From: Octopus sinensis
Taxonomy: Eukaryota
NCBI RefSeq assembly: GCF_006345805.1
Contig: NW_021826214.1
Location: 1-50,694 of the forward strand
DNA length: 50,694 nt
Reading direction: 5' to 3'
Part shown: positions 1 through 13,505 of the stretch, one piece after another
Position numbering within the stretch: the first letter of the stretch is position 1
Layout of the letters: each line of letters begins with the position of its first letter
The notes under the pieces: generated by a model
Database searches by the model: none
Seen by the model: the letters and a program-made list of their open reading frames with translations, nothing else
Told to the model about the DNA's origin: nothing
Position numbers and translations under genes: made by a program

Positions 1-81
1 CGAACCTGGATTCTCATTCCTAAGGTATTTTTCGTTGTTGTTGTTGTTGTTCACACTGCTTGGGATAGAACTCGGAATCTC

Positions 82-636
82 GTAGGTAGTAAAGAAATAT
101 GTATTTCGTCTGCCGCTACGTTCTGAGTTCAAATTCCGCCGAGGTTGACTTTGCCTTTCGTCCTTTCGGGGTCAATTAAATAAGTACCAGTTACGCCCTG
201 GAGTCGATATAATCGACTTAATCCGTTTGTATGTCCTTGTTTGTCCTCCCTGTGTTTAGCCCCTTGTAGGTAGTAAAGAAATCGGTATTTCGTCTGCCGC
301 AACGTTCTGAGTTCAAATTCCGCCGAGGTCGACTTTGCCTTTCATCCTTTCGGAGTCGATTATATATGTAGTAGTTACGCACTGGGGTTGATATAATCGA
401 CTTAATCCGTTTGTCTGTCCTTGTTTGTCCTCTCTGTGTTTAGCCCCTTGTGGGCAGTAAAGAAATAGAAATAGGTATTTCGTCTGTCTTTACGTTCTGA
501 GTTCAAATGCCGCCGGGATCGACTTCACCTTTCATCCTTTCGGTGTAAATAAATTAAGTACCAGTTACGCACTGGGATCGATGTAATCCCCCCGACCTCA
601 AATTTGACGCCTGGCGCTTCGAGTAGAAAGGATTAT
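82..636 (+). mobile_element. tRNA-derived SINE family A, head-to-tail trimer of headless units
   Basis: Three about 185-bp units (GTATTTCGTCTG...GAGTTCAAATTCCG B-box...CCCCTTGTGGGTAGTAAAGAAAT); the last ends in an alternative tail (...GAGTAGAAAGGATTAT). Confidence 0.9.
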
Positions 637-1384
637 CATCATTTATACAGCTAATTTTATTCTTAAAACCAAAGTTTTTCAGCGTTTCTTTATCATAAGA
701 AACTGCTTTGTTGAAAAGGAAGTAATATGCGGTACATAATATTTTCGACAAAATTTATAATATTCAGAGGATATGGTTTGAGGCGATATTTATGTACTCG
801 AACTTTTTATTTGGTTTCCTAAAAAGGGGCTGTTTGTTTCGTTCTAAACTAAAAAGTAAGTTTGTATCAACAGTAATTTTTAGACGTTAGTTTCTGAAAT
901 TTTATGGCGTCCATTGTACTATAGTATAAACTGACTGTTTGTATAATTCTAAGAATAATAGTGTCTAAATAACATAGTTTAACATACGAGAATTAATTAG
1001 TTTTTGACTGAGTTTATTAGCAAACGAGATGGACTGTTGGTAAAATTGCTGTTGTCTTTAAATGTCACATGAGATCTTAGTAAAGCTGTACATTCAAAGC
1101 TGTCAACTATTTCGTAATCGTTAACTAATTTTTAGTCATTTAAATTACAAGAAGTATAATGTCATTCGATTTTATAATAATATAATTGTAATATTATTAG
1201 ATAAAAAGAGATCTCATAATTCAAATATATCGTGAAACACCATTTAACAATACGCACATATATACACGCAAATATGTATTCAGGTAGAGAGAGATTTTTC
1301 TTCTTTTTTCTCTTTTAGAATATATCGAAGCACAACATTAAATCTATAAATAATGGCACAAGGTAAGCAATTTCAGAGGAAGAA

Positions 1385-1960
1385 CAGGTCAATTAAGTCG
1401 ACCCAAGTGCTTAACTGGTACTTCTTTTATTGACCCCGAAAGTATAAAATGAATTTGACCTCAGAAGGTAAAGGCGGACGTAACTCAGTTAAGAATTTTG
1501 CCCTCCACCCTAACGATTCTGCTAACCCGCCGCCTTAACTAAACTATAAATAATCCTTTCCATACTAGGCAGCACAGGGCCTGGAATTTGTGGGGAGGAG
1601 TAATTCGATCACATCGATCTCAGAACTTAATTTATTGACTAGTACTTAATTTATCGACCCCGAAAGGATAAAAAGCAAAGTCGACCCAGGCGGAATTTGA
1701 ACTCAGAATGTAACGACAGACGAAATACCTATTTTTTTACTACCCACAAGGGGCTAAACACAGAGAGGACAAACAAGGACAGACAAACAGATTAGGTTGA
1801 TTATATCGACTCCAGTGTGTAACTGGTACTTAATTTATCGACCCCGAAAGGATGAAAGGCAAAGTCGACCTCGGCGGAATTCGAACTCAGAACGTAACGG
1901 CAGACGAAATACGGCTACGCATTTCGCCCAACGTGCTAACGTTTCTACCAGCTCTCCGCC
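1385..1960 (-). mobile_element. SINE family A cluster (degenerate copy 1385-1536 and dimer 1556-1960)
   Basis: Reverse complement of the family A body, B-box and A-box head. Confidence 0.85.
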
Positions 1961-2071
1961 TTTATGTGTATATAATATTCTTTTGTACTCTAAGCACAAG
2001 GCCCAAAATGTTGGGGGAGAGGGCCAGTCGATTAGATCGACCCCGGTACGCAACTGGTACTTAATTTATCG

Positions 2072-2300
2072 GGCGGCGAGCTGGCAGAAACGTTAGCACG
2101 CCGGGCGAAATGCTTAGCGGTATTTCGTCTGCGTTACGTTGTGAGTTCAAATTCCGCCGAGGTCGTCTTTGCCTTTCATCCTTTCGGGGTCGATAAATTA
2201 AGTACCAGTTACGCACTGGGGTCGATGTAATCGACTTAATACCTATGTCTGTCCTTGTTTGTCCCCTCTGTGTTTAGCCCCTTGTGGGTAATAAAGAAAT
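2072..2300 (+). mobile_element. SINE family A full-length copy, flanked by minus-strand fragments (1975-2070, 2302-2390)
   Basis: Head GGCGGCGAGCTGGCAGAAACGTTAG (A-box-like), B-box GAGTTCAAATTCC, tail GTAATAAAGAAAT. Confidence 0.9.
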
Positions 2301-2724
2301 AGGTACTTAATTTATCGACTCCGAAAGGATGAAAAGCAAAGTTGACCTCGGCGGATTTGAACTCAGAACATAAAGACGAACAAAATATCATTGATCCGTT
2401 GATCGGATCAACTGGAACACACGTCGTCGTAGTCGATAGAGTGTCAGGTTATATTTTTATTTTTTACTATAGGTTATAAATTACATGTGTGAACATGGGG
2501 TGTGTGGTCAGAGAAATACGAATTTTCGACATCAATATCTTCATCAGCGCCAGATACTGCAGAGGTAGAAAATTTCGATATAAGAATGATCATCATCAAG
2601 CAGATATAAGAATAGATAGACAGACAGACAGACAACAGGTAACATAAGGAATTAATTCATCCGTACTTCATCAAATAAACACATTCTTTACGCCTGATAT
2701 TATTTGTTAGTCTTTCTACATACA

Positions 2725-3331
2725 TGCATACATACATACATACATACATACAATACATACATACATACATACATATATACATACATGTATGTTTGTTTGT
2801 GCTGAGACAAGCAAACCTGGCATATTTCAATTAATTAATGATGTATGCTAATTACGTATTCATATAAATGAGTTTCTTGTTCCCCTAAAACACCTGTTGT
2901 AAACAACTGAATTACGAATTGAATGAAAAAACTTGTGTCCTTTGTTCTTATTATATGTGTGTGTCTGTGTGTGTGTATGTGTATGCATATTTATATTTAC
3001 ATAATTATATATTTATATATTTATGTGTGTATATATGAATGTGTGTGTATGTGTATACGTGTATGTGTATACGTGTATGTGTGTGTCTAGGTAGATAGAT
3101 AAATAGAGAGAGAGGGAGAGAGAGAGATGGATTGACGGATAGCTGGACAGATGGATAGATACATATATAGATAGGTATATAGGTATATAGATAGACAGAC
3201 AGACAGGCAGACGGACGGACGGACGGACGGACGGACGGACGGACGGATGGATGGATGGATGGATGGATGGATAGATAGAGAGATAAACAGAGAGACAAAT
3301 AGACAAACAGACAGGCAGATAGATAGATATA

Positions 3332-3400
<69 letters not shown>

Positions 3401-4025
3401 TAGATAGATAGATAGATAGATAAATTGGTAGGTAGATATAAATCAACTGATAGATGGAGATGCTGAATAACGGGTTGTCATTTTTGAAACGCGTGAGCGT
3501 TATACACGTGCGTGCATACATACATACATACACACATACATACATACATACACACATACATACATACATACACACATACATACATACATACATACACACA
3601 TACATACATACATACATACACACATACATACATACATACATACATACACACATACATACATACACACATACACACATACATACTACATAACATACATACA
3701 TACATACATACATACACGCACAAAAACATACATACATACATACATACATACACAACACACATACATACATACAACATACATACATTACATCCACATACAC
3801 ACATACACACATACACACATTACACCACAATACATACACATACATACATACATACATACATACATACACACATACATACATACACACACACATACATACA
3901 TACACACATACATACACACATACATACATACATGCATACATACATACATACATACACACATACATACATACATACACACACACATACATACATACATACA
4001 TACATACATACATACATACACATGC
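2725..4025. repeat. Compound tetranucleotide microsatellites (TACA)n, (GACA/GACG/GATG/GATA)n, (TACA/CACA)n
   Basis: Direct inspection. Confidence 0.95.
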
Positions 4026-4269
4026 GTATATATACTCGTAGAGAGACCTCTCTTACGCGTGTATATATCAGACACGTGTAGGGAACTAACAAGAGAAGAG
4101 AACAGAGGGAAAGAAGAAGAGAATGGGGGGGGAGACGGATTGAATTTATCATTGAACTTGAACTAATTAATAAAACTTGTTAATGAAAAGTTATTTCAAG
4201 GTGAGAGATGGGTGTGGGAGTGGGGTGAGAATGTCATGGCGGCGGTGGAGGTGCTGTCGATGTTTTTGA

Positions 4270-4560
4270 CGGTGGTGGTGGTTTTGGTGGTGGTGGTGGT
4301 GGTCGTGGTTGAGGTGGTCGTGGTGGTGGTGGTAGTGGTGGTGGTGGTGGTTGTGGTAGTGGTGGTGGTGGTGGTGGTGGTGGTGGTTGTGGTAGTGGTG
4401 GTGGTGGTGGTAGTGGTAGTGGTGGGTGGGTGGTTTGTGGGTAGTGGGGTGGTGGTGGTGGTTGTGGTAGTGGTGGTGGTGGTGGTGGTAGTGGTTGTGG
4501 TGGTGCTGGTGGTGGTAGTGGTAGTGGTGGTGGTAGTGGTGGTGGTGGTGGTGGTGGTGG
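4270..4560 (+). repeat. (GGT/AGT)n microsatellite
   Basis: Direct inspection. Confidence 0.95.
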
Positions 4561-4949
4561 GTTTCTGGGAGGTAGGTGGTTAGTAAACATGTGACGGACA
4601 TAAATGAGCTTTACATCAATGACTAGTGCCGTGCCATTCATGACCTTCACTACAAGCATATTGCCCACCGCTTCTGCCTCTATTACTATAGACCAACACG
4701 AGCACCACCACCACCACCACCCCTCCTCCACCTCAACCACCACCACCACCTCCAGTGAATACCAGCACTTTAACATCTATTTTCATACCTGTCTTTCACA
4801 TTGACCACTTGTGTATACATACTGTGTATGTGTGTGTGTGTGTATGTATGTTTGTGTATGCGAATTTTCCGAGATCTCTCTTTTCCCCCAAAGACCATGG
4901 AGTACACTTGGAAACTTAATTTCACTCAGGAGCAAGCGCGGGTGGACTC

Positions 4950-4963
4950 ATATATATATTATA

Positions 4964-4994
<31 letters not shown>

Positions 4995-5094
4995 AACACA
5001 CAATATATATGTATATACACATATGTATATATATATATATATAGATATATATATATAAACACACATATATATGTATATACACATATGTATGATA

Positions 5095-5126
<32 letters not shown>

Positions 5127-5335
5127 CACACAATATATATTATATCTACACAATATAATATATATCTATATATATATATATTATATTATATATATAATAT
5201 TATACATACACACAAATATATTATATATATATATACACACAATATATATATATATATATTATATATATATATATATCCAACAATATATATATATTATATA
5301 TATTATATATATTATATATCTATATATATATATAT
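4950..5335. repeat. Interrupted (TA)n microsatellite
   Basis: Direct inspection. Confidence 0.95.
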
Positions 5336-5351
5336 TGTATGTACTTTCAGA

Positions 5352-5727
5352 GGAAAGCTGGTAGAAACGTTAGCACGCCGGGCGAAATGCTTAGCAGTAT
5401 TTCGTCTGCCGTTATGTTCTGAGTTCAAATTCCGCCGAGGTCGACTTTGCCTTTCATCCTTTCGGGGTCGATTAAATAAATACCAGTTACTCACTGGGGT
5501 CGACTTAATCGACTTAATCGACTTAATACCTTTGTCTGTCCTTGTTTGTCCTCTCTATGTTTAGCCCCTTGTGGGTAGTAAAGAAACAGGTATTTCGTCT
5601 GTCATTATGTTCTGAGTTCAAATTCCGCTGAGGTCGTGTTGATAAATTAAGTACCAGCTGCGTACTGGGCTCGATCTAATCGACTGGCCACCAAAATTTC
5701 AGGCCTTGTGCCAAGAGTAGAAAAGTA
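5352..5727 (+). mobile_element. SINE family A dimer
   Basis: Head, body and tail, then the junction AAAGAAACAGGTATTTCGTCTG into a second, internally deleted body ending ...GGCCTTGTGCCAAGAGTAGAAAAG. Confidence 0.88.
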
Positions 5728-6089
5728 TGTACTTGCAGCCGCACATAGAGAAACCCCGGAATATGTCCACACATACACACATATCATAGAAGTGTGTCCT
5801 TTATGAGTGTGTGTATGTGTGAGTGTATGTATGAGTGTGTGTGTTTGAACATGTGTGTGTGTGTTTGTGTGTGTAGGCGTGTATGTATTTATATGTGTAC
5901 ACGTGTATGTAACGGCTGAATATCGGTTAATCTGTCATAATCTGTGATATTTTTTAAGCTTGTCATAAAGTGACACGCTCCTAATTATCTACCGTGGGAG
6001 TAGGTGGCGCTGGTGGAGCTGTTGTGCAACAACACCCTATAACAATAACAACCAACAACAACAACAACAACAACAATAATAAAGATTTT

Positions 6090-6650
<561 letters not shown>

Positions 6651-6660
6651 GTAGTAGTAG

Positions 6661-6691
<31 letters not shown>

Positions 6692-6943
6692 TATAATATA
6701 ATAATATAATGATATAATATAATAATAATATTAATAATAATAATAATAATATTATAATAATAATGATATCATAATAAGAATAATAATAATAATAATGATG
6801 CTGATGATGAAATAATGATAATAATAATAATAAATAATAATATAATAATTTTATTATTATTATTATAAAATATTATAATATTATAATAATAATAATAATA
6901 ATAATGATAAAATAATATAGTATATAATAATAATAATAATAAT

Positions 6944-6980
<37 letters not shown>

Positions 6981-7053
6981 TATTAATAATAATAATATAA
7001 TAATAATTAATAATAATAATAATAATAATATTAATATAATAATAAATAATAAT

Positions 7054-7088
<35 letters not shown>

Positions 7089-7129
7089 TAATAGTAATGA
7101 TGATAATAATAATAAATAATAAAAATAAT

Positions 7130-7163
<34 letters not shown>

Positions 7164-7197
7164 GTAATCATGATAATAATAATAATAATAATAATAT

Positions 7198-7261
<64 letters not shown>

Positions 7262-7565
7262 TAATAATATAATAATAATATAATGATGATGATGATGAAT
7301 AATATAATAATAATAATAATAAAATAATAATAAAATAATAATAATAATATTATTATAATATAATATAATAATAATATTAATATAATAATATAATAATAAT
7401 AATAGAATAATGATAATAATCATAATAATGAAATATAATAATAATAATAATAATATATAATAATAACAATAATAATAATATATATTATAATAATAATAAT
7501 AAATAATGATAATAATAATAATAATGATAATAATAATAATGATAATAATAATAATAATAATAATG

Positions 7566-7599
<34 letters not shown>

Positions 7600-7742
7600 T
7601 AAATATAATAATAATATTAATATAATAATAATAATAATAATGATAATAATAATGATAATATAATAATGATAATAATAATAATAATAATATAATAATGATA
7701 TAATAATATAATAATAATAACATATATAATAATATAAATAAT

Positions 7743-7778
<36 letters not shown>

Positions 7779-7779
7779 C

Positions 7780-7810
<31 letters not shown>

Positions 7811-7987
7811 TAATAATAATAATAATAATAATATTTAAATAATAATAATAATAATAATATTGATAATAGATTAATAATAATAATAATAATATATAATGAT
7901 AATAATATAATAATATAATATTATAATAATAATAATAATCATAATATATAAAATAATAATAATAATAATAATAATAATATTATAATA

Positions 7988-8024
<37 letters not shown>

Positions 8025-8200
8025 TTAATAATAATAATAATATAATAATATAATAATAATAATTAATAATATAATAATAATAAAATAATAATAATAGTAT
8101 GATATAATAATAATAATAATAATAATTATAGTAATAAAATAATAATAATAATATAATAATATAATAATAATAATAATAATGATAATAATAATAATAATAA

Positions 8201-8241
<41 letters not shown>

Positions 8242-8529
8242 TAATAATAATAATAGAATATAATAATAATATTAATAATAATAATATATGAATAATAATA
8301 ATAATAATAATAATTAATGATAATAATAATGATGATGAAATAATAATAATAATAATAATAATAATATATAATAATATATAATAATAATGATAATAATATA
8401 TAATAAATAATATTAATAATATAATAATAATAATAATAAATAATAATATTAATATAATAATAATAATAATATATAATGATATAATAATAATAATCATATA
8501 ATAATAAAATAATAATAATAATAATAATA

Positions 8530-8573
<44 letters not shown>

Positions 8574-8695
8574 TAATAATAAAGAATAATAATAATAATA
8601 AATAATAATAATAATAATAATAATATAATAATAATAATAATATAATAATAATAATAATAATAATAATATAATAATATTAATAATAATAAAATATA

Positions 8696-8748
<53 letters not shown>

Positions 8749-9438
8749 TAATAATAATAATAATCATAATAATAATAATAATAATAAATAATAATAATAA
8801 TAATATAATAATATAATAATATAATAATAATTAAAAAAATAATTATTAATAATAATATAATATAATAATATAATAATAATAATAAAATAATAATAATGAG
8901 ATGATGATGATGATGAAAATAATAATAATAAATAATAAAAATAATAATAATAATAATAATATATTAATAATAATAATAATAATAATAATATGAATAATAT
9001 AATAATAATAATAATAATGATAATAATGATATAATAATACTTAATAATAATATAATTAATAATAATAATATAATAATAATATAATAATAATAATATTAAT
9101 AATAATAATAATAATAATAATGATATAATAATAATATATAATGTAAAATAATAATAATAAATATAATCACAATAATAATATAATAATAATAATGATAATA
9201 ATATAATAATAATGATAATAATAATAATAATAATAATAATATATAACATAATCTAATAATATATAATATTAATAATAATAATAATAATAAAATAATGATA
9301 ATAATAATGATAATATAATAATAATGATAATAATAATATAATAATAATAATCATAATAATAATAATAATAATATAATAATACTAATATCATAATAATTAT
9401 AATAATATTAATAATAATAATAATAATAATATAATAAC

Positions 9439-9475
<37 letters not shown>

Positions 9476-9566
9476 TAATAATAATAATAATAAAATAATA
9501 ATAATTATAATAATAATGAATATAATAATATAAATAATAATAATGATAATATAATAATAATATAAT

Positions 9567-9624
<58 letters not shown>

Positions 9625-9674
9625 TTAATAATAATAATAATATAATACTAATTAATAATAATAATTAATATTAC

Positions 9675-9707
<33 letters not shown>

Positions 9708-9890
9708 AATATATAATAATATAATATTAATAATAATAATAATAATAATGATAATAATAATAATAATAATAATATTAATAATATAATAATAAAATAATAA
9801 TAATAATAATATAATATATTAATAATATAATAATCTAATAATAAATAATAATAACTAATAATAATAATGAAATATATAATTAATAATAAA

Positions 9891-9921
<31 letters not shown>

Positions 9922-9948
9922 TTAATAATAATAATAATAATCCTAATG

Positions 9949-9979
<31 letters not shown>

Positions 9980-10160
9980 TAATAATAATAAATAATAATA
10001 ATAATATAATATATAATAATATAATAAACAAAATAATAATAATAATAATAATATTAATAATAATAATAATATATAATGATAATAATGATAATAATAATAA
10101 TAATAATGATGATGATGATGATGATGATAATAATGATAATAATAATAATAATAATAATAT
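6661..10160 (+). repeat. About 3.5-kb degenerate (TAA)n array grading into (GAT)n/(GGT)n
   Basis: Direct inspection. Confidence 0.97.
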
Positions 10161-10200
10161 TGTAGGTGGTGGTGATGGCGGTTGTGGTGGTGGTAGGTGG

Positions 10201-10244
<44 letters not shown>

Positions 10245-10679
10245 AATGCTTTGATGCAGTGTCAGGGATCAAGAAGAGTTAGAATCCATTCGACGCATTA
10301 AGGACTCGGTTCCTAATATTTTGTGTTTTAACAAGTATTAAATACCGGAATAACGAACGAACCGGACCTGAAAATATATAAGGGAAATGCTAATGGCGAA
10401 TTGCATGTGTGATTAAGCAAATACTTTCGTTTCTTTGTTAATGGGTTAATGCATTCGGAATAATTGTAGTGGCCCACTTTTGGGGTCCTGTAAATAAAAT
10501 GAATCAAGTGCAAATCCATTTTAGCTGTTGCGAAACAAATTTATGGAGCGTTCAGGCCGATTCCAAACTGCATCGCTCAGTCTAAGTTTAAACGAGCAAT
10601 CCGGACTTTATATTCGATATTTAATAATACATGCATACATACATACATACATACATACAATACATAATACATACAATAT

Positions 10680-10746
<67 letters not shown>

Positions 10747-10755
10747 TATATATAT

Positions 10756-10966
10756 AGTTAATCCAAACAAGAAAACCAGAAAAAACGCAGAAAAAAACAC
10801 AGCAACGCGAGGACGTGGAACAATTATATTATTTGACGCTCAGGAAAGAAGGGAAGGGGTTTAACGTTTCGAGCGGAGCTCTTCGTCGGAAACAAGGAGA
10901 AGGAAAGATCCCGAGAAGGAAGACAGAGAAAAATTTTTTTTTGCTGGTGGTGCTCAAGAGATCACA
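10756..10966 (-). mobile_element. Short non-autonomous Penelope-like (pLTR-type) unit with HHR-like core, flanked by (TA)n
   Basis: Reverse-complement match, with the same two ends, to 26311-26515. Minus-strand core CCGACGA-A-GAGC-TCC-GCTC-GAAAC-GTT. Confidence 0.65.
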
Positions 10967-10982
10967 TATATATATATATATA

Positions 10983-11200
10983 TTTCTTTACTACCCACAA
11001 GGGGCTAAACACAGAGGGGACAGACAAACGGATTAAGTCGATTACATCGACCCCAGTGCGTAACTGGTACTTAATTTATCGACCCTGAAAGGATGAAAGG
11101 CAAAGTCGACCTCGGCGGAATTTGAACCCAGAACGTAATGGCAGACGAAATGCGTCTACGCATTTCGCCCGGCGTGCTAACGTTTCTGCCAGCTCGCCGC

Positions 11201-11201
<1 letters not shown>
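10983..11201 (-). mobile_element. SINE family A full-length copy
   Basis: Complete head-to-tail match to the family consensus seen in this window. Confidence 0.92.
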
Positions 11202-11261
<60 letters not shown>

Positions 11262-11474
11262 ATATTATATATATATATTATTATATATATATATACATAC
11301 ATACATGCAAGCATACATGCATACTTACAAACATACATACATACATACATACATACATGCATACATACATACATACATACATACATACATACACACATAC
11401 ACACATACATACATACGCGTATTCTGACTAAGCTAAAAACGATGACGAGAGAAAATGCAAATATATTGATAGAG

Positions 11475-11700
11475 GTTTCGTCTGCGACGTTCTGAGTTCA
11501 AATTCCGCGACGTTCTGAGTTCAAATTCCGCGACGTTCTGAGTTCAAATTCCGCCGAGGTCGACTGTGCCTTTCATCCTTTCGGGGTCGATTAAATAAGT
11601 GTCAGTTACGCACTGGGGGTCGATATAATCGACTAAATCCCTTTGTCTGTCCTTGTTTGTCCCCTCTATGTTTAGCCCCCTTGTGGACAATAAAGAAATA
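11475..11700 (+). mobile_element. SINE family A headless copy with a triplicated 23-bp B-box segment
   Basis: CGACGTTCTGAGTTCAAATTCCG x3 at 11485-11553, followed by normal body and tail. Confidence 0.88.
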
Positions 11701-11759
11701 AGAAAATACTCAATCATTGGAACGTATAAACCGATGACGGAAAAAATGGGTATAACACG

Positions 11760-12680
11760 TAGGATTCATTATATAAATATATGCAGCAGGTGTTGGACTC
11801 AATATACAGGTGGGCTGAGGATAATAATATACAGTTTAATGCTGAAAAATTCCAAGCCCTGCGCTGCCAGCGTCCAAAATTGAATATGAAACTTACAGGG
11901 TCCACTGGTCCACAGGGGATTACAATCCCAGACCCTAAATCAGGATTGACGAGTAATAATACTTCTTTCCAAGTTCGTATTTCCAGTGCGTATTACAAAG
12001 TGCAGACGACTGGCTGAATGGACCCTGAGAACTTTCAGAAGCAGAGAAAAGGAAACTATCATTGTCCACAGCCGCCTGGATTACTGCTCCCAGCTATGGT
12101 CACCCAACAGTGTAAAATTAACAGCGGACCTTGAAGCAATCCAAAGAAGATTCACAAAGAAGATCGTCTCATTGCAGCAGCTCAGCTACTGGGAGAGGCT
12201 GAAACAGCTAAGACTCTACTCCCTGGAGCGAAGGCAGGAGAGGTATGCAGTAATATATATATATGGAAGATCCTGGAAGGAATTGTGCTAAATTTTGGTA
12301 TTGAAAGCTACACCAATGCCAAAACTGGTCGACACTGTACAGCGCCAAAGATTCCAACAATGCCATCGCGCTTGAGGACCAGTTACTGCAACGTCCTGGG
12401 TTACAGGGGCCCACAGCTTTTTAATATTCTCCCAAAGAGCTTAAGGAACCTGCACAAAGTAGATGTAGGCGTTTTTAAATCAAAGCTGGACCTCTTCCTG
12501 TCGAGAGTCCCAGATGAATCTACCTCGCAGCAGGGGGTGCAAATAAGGGTAGCGGCACCAAACTCCCTTATTCACTAAATGTCACATATTAGAGGAGGCT
12601 CTCAGTAATAACAGTGTAGCAAAACGGCGGTGCCTCAGCATGGCTACAGCTCTGAGCTGAAACTACAAAAAGAAAAAATA
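11760..12680 (+). mobile_element. 5'-truncated CR1/L2-group LINE (RT C-terminus, 3'UTR, A-rich tail), frameshifted
   Basis: Motifs WAEDNNIQFNAEKFQAL, SRLDYCSQLWSP, LEAIQRRFTKKI, LSYWERLKQLRLYSLERRQERY, GPQLFNILP and FKSKLDLFLSRVPD across three frames; ends GAAACTACAAAAAGAAAAAA. Confidence 0.88.
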
Positions 12681-12690
12681 TATGTGTATA

Positions 12691-13505
12691 TTGGGTTGGC
12701 AACTAAGTTCCCGCCGTTTTTTTTAAATTTAAATTTTTTAAGAGTTTTAATAAAAATAACAACTAATTAATCAATAATGTATTCACCCTTGTTCTTTACA
12801 ACTTCTTCCCAACATTCAACACGATTTTCAATACCTCGTTGGTAGAAATCACCCGATTTCGACTCGAAAAATTGATCCAACCAAGCTCTCAATTTTGCAT
12901 CAGTACTGAACGAAACTCCGCGCATAGCATTTGAAAGAGATCGAAAGAGGTGGAAATCCGTTGGTGCCAAATCAGAAGAGTACAGCGGGTGTGGCAGCAC
13001 GTGGCAGCACTTCCCAGCCATGCGTTTAATGGCTTCTTTGGTCATATTGGCGATATGAGGGCGGGCGTTGTCGTGCAGAAGAACTCCATGCTGCTGATTA
13101 GGTCTTTTCTCTTGAATAGCCGTGTTGAGTCGTTCCATCTGTTGAACATAGAGTTCCGCATTGACCGTTTGGTTCAGTTCAAACAATTCATTATAGCTAA
13201 TCCCTTCCCAGTGCCACAATACGCACAACATCGTTTTACGCGGATGAAGATCTTGTTTAGCGCGGTGTCGCTTGTTTACTGGGGCTAAGCCATTCCTTAC
13301 GCTGCTCCATATTGATGTACAGGCACCATTTTTCGTCGCCAATAACGATTCGGTAAAGAAATCGTTGTTAATGTCCATTTGTTGAGCGGTAATGAGCAAA
13401 CAAACCAGCGGAGATTGTGGCTCATTGATTTTTGCTGCTGTCACTTCGGATGTATGGAGCATGCGGAACACATGCTCCATACTTCTGAACCTTTCCCATC
13501 GAAGG
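12691..13505 (-). mobile_element. 5'-truncated mariner transposon (mellifera-subfamily-like TIR), pseudogenised transposase
   Basis: TA|TTGGGTTGGCAACTAAG TIR at 12689-12707. Motifs CVPHAP (WVPHxL-derived), IVIGDEKW, LHDNARPH, YSSDLAPTDFHLF and WEEVVKNKGEYIID*, split over frameshifts. Confidence 0.92.

Noticed and set aside
2505-2590. Minus-strand CTGATGA...GTCGAAAATTCGTA hammerhead-like motif
   Set aside because: Stem I does not pair and stem III is broken; it is too degenerate to call.
10260-10620. Unique island after the TAA array as a conserved regulatory element or exon
   Set aside because: There is no ORF, structure or repeat match; conservation cannot be judged from the sequence alone.
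11485-11553. 23-bp direct repeats as a CRISPR array
   Set aside because: There are no spacers, the context is eukaryotic, and it is a SINE B-box triplication.
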